NCBI GenBank assembly: GCA_012295275.1
Contig: CM022672.1
Location: 16,678,001-16,742,000 of the forward strand
Length of the DNA: 64,000 bases
Source: Chrysomallon squamiferum
Lineage: Eukaryota; Animalia; Mollusca
Direction of reading: 5' to 3'
Below the pieces are notes generated by a model. It saw only the letters and a program-made list of their open reading frames with translations, searched no databases and was not told the origin of the DNA. Of the stretch, positions 52,018-64,000 are shown piece after piece; within the stretch, counting starts at the first letter, position 1, and the number at the start of each line of letters is the position of its first letter. The position numbers and the translations under genes are program-made.

Positions 52018-52870
52018 AATAAGAAAAATATTTTTCTATTTTTTTCAAATTATCATGACCCTATGAAGCAAATTTAATAACCCTTAAAAATAATGACATT
52101 ATTTATATCTGTTCGGATTCACGCCAGCAGAATCGAAAAGGATTTTGTGGGTGTTTCTATTTTTTTGAGCATAAAATATCAGCTTTCTCGAATTAACATC
52201 ACATTTTGTTTACTGTTGTTCGTACCCGAAATAAGCAATATTACTCTTTCTGTGATCTCCCGTTACACTATAAAGCAAAAAGCATTTTGTTCCTTATCTT
52301 AATCTGTTTATATAATGATTGTGTTAAATTTCAGAATTTAAATTAACAAGTTCTGTACAAGGTTGTATAATTAAATAAAATATATTATTTATAAATAACG
52401 AGATAAAGTGATACCAATAGTGATTCATTACTGTCATACGCTGTACTATAACCTCGAAATTAATATCACATGTATACAAAACTAGATCTATGAACAATTT
52501 CTATACTTTTTAATATATATATATATATATATATACATACACACCCACCCACACACATACATACAAAAATACATACATACATACCTACAAACAGATACAT
52601 ACGTATGTATGTATGCGTAACATAACAATCGCTTTTTGAAAAATAGCTTACATTATTAACCCCATACAATCATCATAAATGAACTATTTTCTGTAAAGAA
52701 AAATGAAAATGCTTAGAAGGATTTTGGAATTATTCGTTTTAGATAATACATATTAATAACTAATGTAATACCATTTCTAACGTACAAAAGAAAGACGTAG
52801 ACGGTCTACAAATAAAAGTGCTACCTATATAGTTTTACACATTTCTACATATTTGTGTTCATATTTGCAG

Positions 52871-53619
52871 GTTACGGTCACACTGTCCCAGCTACGACAG
52901 CCGGTCGTGTCGTAACGATGGTGTACGCGACTTTTGGAATTCCTTTGGCATTAATCGTTTTGGCGGATATGGGGAAAAAAATGATGGTTGGAATAAAATT
53001 CTTATGGTCACTTCTGCGACGTTTCACAAAGAAAAGGCGCACCAAACCAAGGAAACAACTTGCCAGAAGTGAAAATGATTCTGTCGAAAAGAACAATGTC
53101 AGAACGGTGATAAGCGATAATGTTGAAAACTTAAATGAAGTTCCACCAAATGCTGATGCTTATGAAGGCGAGGACGAACACGTTGACGAAGAATTCAGTT
53201 TACCTTTCATTGTGGCCATAATCATCGTCGTCATATACATTATCCTCGGCAGTTTCATGTACTTACTCTGGGAAACCAAATGGAATTTCTTCTCTTCTTT
53301 TTATTTCATCTTCATTTCAATCAGCACCATTGGATTTGGTGACGTTATTCCAGAACATCCGAAATACTTTCTGCTTTCATCGATTTATATTTTCATTGGA
53401 CTTTCCCTCGTGTCAATGTGTATCAATGTTGCAATAGAGGTTTTCACTAAAACTATAAGCAAGGCCAAAGAGAAAATAGAAGGTGTTGGTAAAACCTTAG
53501 ACAGAGCCAAAGACTCTGGGTTAGAAAAAATGCAAAGCGCGAGTGATAAGCTGAATAGGGTAAAGATGAAAATGACCCTGTTCTCCAGAAATGGCAATAC
53601 CGATTCTGTGGAAAGTTAG
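52871..53619 (+). CDS. K2P channel exon B, copy 2 (open frame, near-identical to 2067-2815; its own upstream exon is dead, so probably part of a pseudogene)
   Basis: I could find only 3 substitutions versus copy 1 (CTG>TTG silent, K>R, P>T). The acceptor is intact. Confidence 0.85.
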
Positions 53620-54923
53620 TACAGACAACTCTGATTGCTTATATTTAGCAAAATTGTCCGAATTAATTCCCTTTCCGAGGAAAAGGAAGTGCCTGAACAA
53701 TAAAGCGCCTTTAATAGTAATTTCGTTAACGTAAAAACAATTGCTCTTATTATTATTATTTTCTATCCCGCCCAAATTTTTATAGTAATTTGCAGCTTAG
53801 GTCTACGCCTTGTTAATAGACACTTAATGTCAGCAAAGTACTGAATAAATATTTTGTTGTGATTTGTTGTGGTGCTGCTACTGAAAATATTAAAACCTGA
53901 TCTTTATACGTATGAGCTCATCGTCGTTTTAAATCACCAGTTTTTGAATGTCATCGATATGTAGCTGTCCACTTTTTATTTCTTTGTACAATGTAAGCGA
54001 AAGTGAAATCCTGTCCTCACTTTTAAATGGAGTCTAATTTTAGATGGCGCTTTAATTTTAGAATTTTGTATTATTATTATTATTGTTATTATTATTATTA
54101 TTATTGTCTCTAATTTATGTTTTGATTATTAATAGAGTTCTGTCGTTTTGGTATCTATTTCAGTGTTTTTCAGAAATTAAAAAAAAAAGGCAAAGTGAAC
54201 TTTGTCAATTTTATATGACCGTTTTATATTTTAACTAGTATCAGTAAAAAATACAAACACACACACACGCACACACAAATGCAATAATAAATATATGAAT
54301 AACTAAATAAATAAATCGTAGGAAAATACTGAATAAAACCTCTGCTGACAAAGCGTAAGCCACAAGGTTAACACATTTTCATTACATAAAATCTTTTAAA
54401 TAAAACGTGTTTGGTTTGACGGAAATTTTATTCCTCTAGTTATATATCTTATTGTAAACCGATACTGAGTGTGTATGTGCATAAAAGTTATATATAAAAT
54501 AAAATAAAATTCCGTTCAGTCCACGTGTGAGGTTGAATAATTCTAACATTACCAATGAGGACACATGTACAAACTGGTAAACAAACAAGGAAAGAACTTT
54601 TGTTTTCAGAATGCTCATAAATATGACATTATCTTTATTCAAGACTTACGAATAAAAATGTTTTGTATTCTTGAAGTCGTTTGTATTCTGACCCCGATTG
54701 TTTTCTTCATCCTATCTTTTTTTTTTTTTTTTTTGCATTTTTATATATTTCTTTTTTTCTCTGTTTTATATGGCTTGCAATAATCAACTATAAATATCAC
54801 TGGATTATAAATTAAATTAAATTAAATTAAATTGCTTAATGAAGAAAATAATATATAATATGCATTATGCTTTGGTCATTCAATAGGTGGATTCCGCATG
54901 TATGTGTGCATGTATGTTTGTAA

Positions 54924-54977
<54 letters not shown>

Positions 54978-55847
54978 CCAGTATTCCCTAATGAAGTGGA
55001 CTGTTATTAGTATTATAAATAAATTAAATTTTAATTAAGGAAGTAAAACTTTTGACAAATATATAAGACGCACACAGAGACATATAGGAATATCTCTAAT
55101 TATGATTACTTTGAACAAATTTAACATATTAACATTTAGGAGAATTCATGTATGTTTCGGTGATTGGTCAGGGTATTTGAATGGTATTTTGTCATGGAAT
55201 TGTTTTTATAATTGTTTTTTTAATTAACTATCAAAAACTCATACTTGATTCTTCTAACGAAAAATATTATTTACAAATGCAGGTTATGACACGAAATACT
55301 ACATACCAAGACAGCATTTAAGTAAAAAAGATATTTATTGGAGACAAGGACACACTAGAAATGGAATTATTAAGTTGACGAAATAAATTATAAACGTTAA
55401 ATGAATAGTAACAATAGTAACACCAAAGTAAATCAATCCCAAAATATAAACCATGTTAGTTTTAGAAATAAATACAACAGACCCAGTTTATATAATAATA
55501 ATAATAATAATAACCCACCGGCATCAGCTAATTTTAATATGATAATCATTTTACTCTCAATGTGCATCTTGAACGACATATTAATTTGGGTTAGAAGTCA
55601 AGCGAAACGACAAACAAAAATACATTTAATCAATACATTTCTTAGCTTTTTATGTGTATATATAATGAAAATAATAATTTTTTAATTAATAATAAAATGA
55701 CTGGAGATTTTACTCCTATTAGTATTATTTACACTGTTACTGCTGCATCTGTAATTATTACTAATTATCATCATCGTCGTCATCATCATTATTTCATTTC
55801 CATCAGAAATAACTTCTCTTGTCATTGCTGTGTTACAAAAATGAATT

Positions 55848-56845
55848 TTAATTCAGACGGGTCTCTGATGGGACTCCTGGAAGACTAATTTGATCTTCAA
55901 AATTCTCCCAGGCAGTTTTGCGGTGTTCTAACTTTCTAAAGTTTTCGTCGATTTCTGGTTTCGCTGGGTAGGATATGGCAGGTATTTCATTCAGTTCATC
56001 TGCTGGAGTATTTGGTCGCGTGACTGCTTTTCGACGACTAAAAGTGAAAAGAAAAATAAAGAAGGCGAATATAACTATGTTAAAACAAATATGAAGTAAA
56101 TATTATTAAGTCTATGAACAAACGATGGCATGAAAATAATTATAATTATGAATATACAGTGACAGGCAAGTACTAATATTATTAAAAATATAGCTTCAAG
56201 CAAATATAATAATAAGTTTAGTTTGGTTATGGTTCTTTTATTTAGCTGTGTTGTCAAGCACATGCATATTACGACAGTTAATAAAACTTAATTTTGCAGC
56301 TTTAAAAAAAAAAAATAACGATTAGGAGAAATTTTAGAAAAGAACTAATCTGTTATCTTAATTATTAAACGCATTGGAAATAAAATTTATACCTTGTTTT
56401 GGTTTTATTATATTATTTTTCTTATACTAATATCAGAAGATACCAAACTATAATGAAAAATAATATTGAATAGATTCTATTCATAAATGTGATTTGTTAA
56501 TCATACTCACGTGAAATTTCTGATCAAGAGAAAGGTAAAAATCACTATAATTATTAAGAGGAATGTCACCGAAACAGATACTGCGATGACACCGATGTTC
56601 GCTGAAATGAACGAATAAGGGGGAAACAAATATAAAAGTTCGATCAAATGAAAATACTAAATAAAATTTTAAAGTATTCATTATAACACTCTTCAGCTTT
56701 CCAAAAATTATTATTATTATTAAAGAAGTGTTGGAGCTGTCATCAATGAACAATGAAATGTCATTGTGAAGTCAACATTTAGGTTTTAAATAAATGCAAA
56801 TTAAGAATATCAGGTTTTAAAAAGAAAAACTTTGCAGTCTAATAT

Positions 56846-56928
<83 letters not shown>

Positions 56929-58705
56929 ACAGAAATAATTTAGACATTACTTACTGGATGCTGGATTCGAAAGCTTTTTGACTGAAAAATAAAAATAAAA
57001 ATAGAACTGATGAAATTTCTACTTACTTTTCATTATAGATTAAATTATACCTATGAAAGAAATACAAAGGATTCTACCAAACACTTTTCAAAATAACCGA
57101 GTTCTGTCTCTTAAGAAAGTTGATTATGGAATAACTGTTATTAGTAAACGAAATTACGGGTATTTAATGACAAATATAAATTCCACAATAAGTGAATAGT
57201 AAGCTTTTAATTTTAGAGTATAAGATTAAGAGTAAAATATGCTTACAGATTAAGATCAGCACGAGATGAAATTAAAATATTTAGCTTTCATTACAGAAAT
57301 TAAACCACTCATATTCTAATTACAATCTGACTTTATTACACCATTGTTGAAATTTCAAAATCATTTGGAGACATCTGTCATAGATCAACACATACCTAAC
57401 ATTTATTTTTGTTTAATTTTATTTTGTTTTGAAGTCTAATTAAATATAAGAAATTAAATCATATTAAATAAACTTTCGTAATTATTTTTAGAATATAGAC
57501 AACAACCGATCAAGTTTACTAAATCTTACATGGGATTATAAATTGATGAAATTTAACTTAGTCTTAAAACTATTTTGTGGTAATTGTTTGTTTCCTTATT
57601 ATTGTTGTTGTTGTTATTATTTGTATTATTATTATTATTATTACTATTATTATTATGCTCATCACTGTTTTTCTTTTTGTTGTTTTTTATTACTTTTATC
57701 TTTGTTGTTTTGTTGTTTCTATCATTATGATGCTATTATTATTATCATTATCATTTTTTATAACTTCCTTTTATTAAATAAAATATATATGCCATGCATA
57801 CCATAGCAATCAGAGATATCTCTCGATCCTGTGCTGTCTGTTGTCCATCCGTCTGGACACTGTTCACACTGAGTCTGTCCTGTCCTGTTTTGATAAGATC
57901 CTCGACCACAGAGAACACAAGCATTTAATGAGGAAAATGAACCTTGGCCACAGGGGACTGAAAACAAACAAATGAAAGTAAAAAACCAGAACATTTCAAT
58001 ACTATAGATATATACATCCATACACACATAGATACTACATATATACATCCATATATACACACATACATACATCTGTATGTACGCACATTGATTATATACA
58101 TACATATATGAATACAATTAAATATACAACGAGAAATACAAAATGCATTTACACACATAGACACACACACACACACAAAAATACATTCGTACCACAACAA
58201 AAAAAAAACCAAACCCACCAACGTAGACACATATGTGTTTAGTTAATCTTGATGTTGTGTAAATAAAATATTTAGCAGCATGTATAAAACAGTCAGGCAA
58301 CTGGTTATACTAACTACAGAAATAACTGTAGCTGATCATTCCCTCTGAACAAGAAACATCTCCAGCTACATCAGACTGGTTGACTTCAACATAGTATGAG
58401 ATTCCACCAATGTCTATTGTAAAACTACCAACTTCTGCGTTCTCCTGTAGACGTCGCATGGCTGATTCCAGCAAAGCAGCACTTTCTGCACGTACAACTG
58501 AAAACAGAATATATATACATTTGTTTTATAAAAGACATCTTTACTTTATCAGCAGAATATATAAATAAATTAGGTTTTCTCCTCACAAATACGTAGTTAA
58601 TATTGTGAAATGAACTATTTTTCTGATCAGTTCTGTGTGCTCTCTAACAACAATAAATTGCTATTATTACCACTGCTGCTGCTACTACTGCTACTCCCTC
58701 TACTG

Positions 58706-58745
<40 letters not shown>

Positions 58746-61350
58746 AACTACTACTACTGCTGCTACCAATACTACTACTGCTACTACTACTACTACTAAT
58801 ACTACTACTACTACTAATAATAATAATAATCATAATAATATATTTTTCAAACTAAATATTTCGATAAGAAATAAACAAAGCAAGCTCAGGAAAAATTGAA
58901 TATTTATTTAATAATAATAGTTTTTCAACTGATATTTATTTATTCATTCATTCATGTATTCATTGTTTTATTATAACATATATTCTATTATAAAACATAA
59001 TACTTCTTAGATCCGAAAATTATAGTTGTTAATATCACATAATTACTAACACGATGTATGGATTAATACCTTTGTTTTTGAGAGTCACTGTAAAGCCCAT
59101 GTTATTTTCTGATACATCTCGTTTTTGTCGTTCAGTCTCGGAACATCCGACATTAATGTCATCCACAGAACATTTAGCATCCTTTACGCATTCTATATCT
59201 GACTGGACAACAGTTTTTACAAGTTGAGACACTATAGACCTCGCTGCTTCATTTTCACCACAGTGAAGATCTTTGTATTTTATATGGTAGGTGGCTGAGA
59301 TCTCATTAGCTGTATGGATCTCTGAATAAAATAAAATTTACATATTTAGCACTAAGCATTTCAGTAAGCTACTCTAAAAAATCTAGATAACCAGTATTAA
59401 AGTATTCTGTTTTTAATCAGTTATCTTTAATTAATATACCTGATGGATAAAAAATTCGAATAGTTTCAATATACATCCTAAAAACAACTAATTTTATATT
59501 TTGTGTTAAACATGTGGATTATTATCTACTTAGTAAATATCAGAAATACGGAGTTCTCAACTTACTGGAACAAAATGGAAGTCTTCTGTGAGGATTTTCT
59601 TTGGTCTCGAAGTTCCAAATGTAAGCCGTTTCCTCGCCACAGTAGTAAGAACTCAGGGCTGGTATGTCCGGCATGAATCCGTCATCACAACCAAAAGTGC
59701 AGTTAAACAACTCAGTGGAGTTCTCACACGTGAGGAAACCGTTACTCGGTGCAGCTATTTCCTTGCAAACTGTTAAATAACAAACGTCTGTTACACACTG
59801 GAAATGTAAAGTGATTTATACCTCTACCGAATCTGTTTCAAAACATGAGCAAATCACGTATGAATTTGCGACGTTCATCATTTAAAAGAAAGTTTGGTAA
59901 GCTGAACAGTATTTTTATATTGCCTCACTACATATATGTTAATAAAATCAGGTTTTCGCACTCACATGGACAAGCAGTATCATTGCAGACGTCTTGTTCT
60001 GTGTCTGAACCATCGCATTCCCTTCCTCCGTTGTCCGGACTAGGGTCAGTGCAAGATCGTTTCCTTGTTCTGATGCCAACTCCACAGGACACGCTGCATG
60101 TTGACCAGTCTTCCCATTCAGCCCATGATCCATGAACTACAGAGAAACAAGAAGCATAAATGAACCATAGAAATGATGACAACAAAATACATTAGATTAA
60201 TAAAAAAAAAAAATACTTGTATATAAAAAATAAAAAAATAATAACATCTGTGAACTGTAAGAACAACAATAAAAATTCATCATATAGTTTAAAATTTTTA
60301 TGAAACTAGAGGAATAGCAACAAAGACTATATAATATATAGTAATACACTTATACGTTATTTAGATAGAACTATTACTATTAGGTAAATTCCTTTTCATA
60401 AAATATCATAATAAATGAAAAATGTTTCTTGAAAAAACTAATTTTTGATAACAAAAAAAAATAGACAAGACTTAAAACCTCCTAATTATTTTTGTCATTG
60501 ATTAAATCTGAAATAAACACACACACACATACACACACACACACACACACATAAAATAAACGAATACGCACTGACGGCTATCTCACAAAGCTCCCCAGTG
60601 AAAACATCAGAGCATGCACATTTAAAACCACCAACTTGATCAATGCACGTCCCGTTATTTTCACACACGTTCTCCAGACAGTCGTCGATATCAGTTTCAC
60701 ACTGGTCCCCTTCATAACCAGGATCACACTGGCAGTTGTAAGAGTTGAGATCGTCAGTGCAGTTGCCGTGGTAGCAGGGACTGCTTAAACAATTGTCAAA
60801 ATCTACAAAACCACGAATAATCTCTAATTAAATCAAACACATAGCTTCAGATAATAATAATAATAATAAAAGTAATAATACTGTTACTATTAGTACGATT
60901 ACTACTACTACTATTACTACTACTACTACTACTACTACTAAAAATAACAATAATAATAATAATAATAATAATAATAAAGGTTATTTTGAAATTTAAATAA
61001 AATCAGAATAATGAAATATCTAAATTCACTAACCGTCGCATTCACTGGGATAGCTCACTGCAGATTCTGTCAAATTGGCAGTCAAAAATTTCCTCCAAGA
61101 AAGTTTATCTCCAGTTTTATCACTTCTGCATGTTGGTGAAGATGGCAGCAATGACGTGTCTGACCAGATGTTGAACTGAGAAACCGATCCAGAGAATGAA
61201 CTTCCTGAAAAACAAATGCACAGACAAATGTTCATCGTTTTCCCACGTAAGATACCATTTTGAGTATAATCAGACAACTGCATAATGTTAAACCATAACA
61301 TAATAATGTTCAATAACAATGACATACTCAGCAACTGCTGAAATATATTA

Positions 61351-61412
<62 letters not shown>

Positions 61413-64000
61413 ACAGTAATAAAATAAATGTATTTATTTATTTTTATTATATTTAATTCATTTATATTATTTGTACTACTTCAATCTTATATTGTTAGAA
61501 CTCAGATTATGACATTAAGAACCTGCGACAAAACTCTTAAACGACAAAAACAGAAACAAAATCCCCATCTTTGCAGTGGTTTTGTCGGATTACCCGATGT
61601 TAAATATATTGAATAAAACAACATATTAATAACAATTGTCTCACCTCCTATTACTACTCGCGATACATTTTTATTTTCTTTCATCCACGTCAGTTCTTTT
61701 CTAATTCCTACTTCACCATCTACAGACACGAGGCAACTTGTACGATTGAAGTCAATTTTGAGAAAATGCCAGAACTCATCTGTGATGTTAACCCTTGTGT
61801 TGTACTCTTCGCTATATAAAACATATTTGATATATTTGATTTACACAACATAAATACATAAATACATATCTTCGTAACATTCAAACATTTATTTTGGATA
61901 TTATCAGATAAATATAAAATACCTGTTTTTGCTTTCTGGCTCATATTAATCCTTTTTAAAAATAATTTTAGAATATTACCTTACTGAAGGACTCTGAGAA
62001 ATAAATGTATTGATTCTAAGTTTTAATCTTGTTTTTCTGTCAATTACCTGTTGACAGTAATGTAAGAAGAATTCTCGACACTAATCACGAGCCACTCGCC
62101 CTGATTGTCATCCAGGAAAGTTGTTATCTTCTTTTTTTCAGAATAATTTGTGCGCATCCACCAACTGATGATAAATCTGTTTTCAAGATGAAGATCAACT
62201 GTTTCTAACGAGACTTGTGAATCTGATGTGTTAGATGGTTCAACATCAAGATCGAACTCTACAAAATGTTTCACAAATCAATTATTAGAAATTAATAATG
62301 CACACTGATCTGTTCTTTAATCAGTGTAATATTTTTTGTTAAGAGACATACCGGTACATCCGGACTCTGTAGCAGTACCCTGGGATGTAGTCGTCATGCT
62401 GCCTGGACACGCAATGCACGTGCTTCGTCCCTGTTCTGGCTGGTATGTACTAAGTTCACAGGGTGAACATGGAACAACGCCGGTTCTAGACACGTAACCA
62501 GCTTGACAGGCCGCTATGAAATAAGTAAAGAAATTCTGTAACAGTAAATTAAAACCTGGGTACTACAACTGACTAAATTCAGCAAACTAAGAAATAACTG
62601 AGATCAGTGGTCTAAACAGTACCAGAAATCAGAATGCTAAACAAAAGTTAATTAAAATTAGTAAACTAAACTGTAACTAACAGACATAGGTAAATTAAAT
62701 TATAACTAACAGCAATATAAATTATACAGAAATAAGTATTTTATATAATAGTTTTAAAATCACTGTACTATAACTAAAATAGAGATCAGAAGAAGTAAAT
62801 AATGACTGCCAGAAATAAGTGAATTTCAACAGTAGCTAACAGTTAATACCAAATTATATTATAACAGAAATCAGTATGATAAATAACAATTTTTTAAAAT
62901 CATGAAATTAAATGATAAATACCAGAAACCAGTAAACCAACTAACATCAGAGATGAACAAATTTAACATTAACTAACTAAATAACACAAACAAAATAAAA
63001 AGACACTGACTAAAAACACATTTAAAAATTGATGACTACTTACTTTGACATGACGCTAAATCTTTACTTCCCTTGCTAACAGTAGTTTTACCAGATGGAC
63101 ACTGTTGACACGTAGTTTTTCCTTCACTGTTCTGAAACTTTCCTTTGGCACACAGATCACACGTGTTGCTTGACAGATTATGATACGATCCTTTATCACA
63201 TGGATCTGAAATAGAATATTCCAGCTACTGCTAAAAATTGTTAGTTTTATTATATTCTCGTATCATAAACAAACATTTCGGAATTCTGTTGATGAATTTA
63301 ATTTTTCTAACCAGTCCATTTATTCTTAGTTTTCTTGGTTTTAGTTTCTTTTTCTTTAATTTATTTGCTTGTTTTTTGTAGTATTTTTTTTTTTTTTTTT
63401 TTTTTAGTTCTAAGAAACTAATGGTTCTTGTGATTTTAAGTTTCTATATTTTCATTGAGAATAATATATAAATTAATACCATTGCCAGTCTTTAAAATAA
63501 ACTCACCACATTTGAAAGTTCTGTAATTTGGAAGGTGACCAGACGGGCACGAGACGGTCAAATTACCATTTTCCATGGATACAAATGTCAGATTACGTCC
63601 TTGCTCAGTACTGTTAGCTGTTTCCTTTACACCATTCATTAGATCAGCAACCCAAGCGTTAATCTCAGAGTTATCATCAACATTCTTTAAGTCAAAGGAA
63701 AATGTCACTTCGATGCTCAGTTCTCTGGAGCCTGCATCAGTGGCTCGTTTTCGACGCGTGCTTGCACCGCAGACAACCTGTCAATATAACAATCATTTAA
63801 AACATTCAATGAACATTTCTGTAGAATGTAGTTAAGCTATTTATTACAGGTATCAGGAATATACATTGCATTAAGTGTGAAAAAAACTCATTAATGTTTA
63901 GAAATAATCAATAAATTATTCATTCCATGACCAAATAAATAAATAAATAAATAAATAAAAATTAAAATACTTTAACATTTTCCATAGTGCATTTCTTGTA
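55848..64000 (-). CDS. Gene B' (duplicate of gene B), 3' half; continues beyond the window
   Basis: Exons (minus): >64000-63971, 63777-63507, 63205-63044, 62513-62352, 62258-62048, 61811-61645, 61204-61034, 60802-60572, 60136-59966, 59769-59566, 59321-59070, 58497-58315, 57957-57802, 56981-56955, 56601-56511, 56037-55848. Exon lengths match gene B except for a 21-nt shorter tail. No stop was seen in the visible part. Confidence 0.88.

Larger units (their letters stand above)
50745..64000 (+). repeat. Direct segmental duplication of ~425-12993
   Basis: Colinear exons, introns and microsatellites. The offset grows from ~50320 (K2P exon A) through 50804 (exon B) and 50869 (tail) to 51007 (end of window). 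Confidence 0.95.

Noticed and set aside
56075-56263. Hydrophobic ORF as the receptor TM exon
   Set aside because: A better TM exon with canonical splice sites and correct phases lies at 56511-56601 (5627-5717 in copy 1); this one is AT-rich intron.
1-64000. tRNA, rRNA or other structured ncRNA genes
   Set aside because: None were recognisable by eye; tRNAscan-SE and Infernal would be needed to exclude them.

Overview
AT-rich, microsatellite-dense, intron-containing animal DNA. It is probably molluscan, inferred only from degenerate MetaSINE-like fragments and gene content. By hand-splicing GT-AG exons I reconstructed four things. (1) A two-pore-domain K+ channel gene (K2P, TWK-18/KCNK18-like; + strand, 173-2815). 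(2) A head-to-head pair of ~1,500-aa paralogous type-I membrane proteins of the SVEP1/SUSD/uninflatable-like domain class: signal peptide, Cys-rich cap, furin site plus hydrophobic peptide, HYR, 2 sushi, HYR, 2 sushi, SEA-like, 2 GCC, LamG/pentraxin-like, 2 EGF, TSP1, sushi, SEA-like, GCC, TM, tail. Gene B (- strand, 26 exons, 4979-23948) has a frameshift and an in-frame stop. Gene C (+ strand, 27 exons, 29282-48413) is intact at 1534 aa. (3) A direct segmental duplication at ~50.3-51.0 kb offset, starting near 50745, that repeats the K2P gene (dead first exon, nearly identical second exon) and the 3' half of gene B. (4) Tigger/pogo transposon remnants, minisatellites and an AT-rich palindrome. 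The most striking unexplained signal is a short dedicated exon in both receptors that encodes a furin site followed directly by a fusion-peptide-like hydrophobic segment (REKR|FLGWIPVVLFVACVIFC; RRRKR|GWGKDLICWIFGC). All coordinates were counted by eye and may be off by 1-2 nt. No database searches were run.
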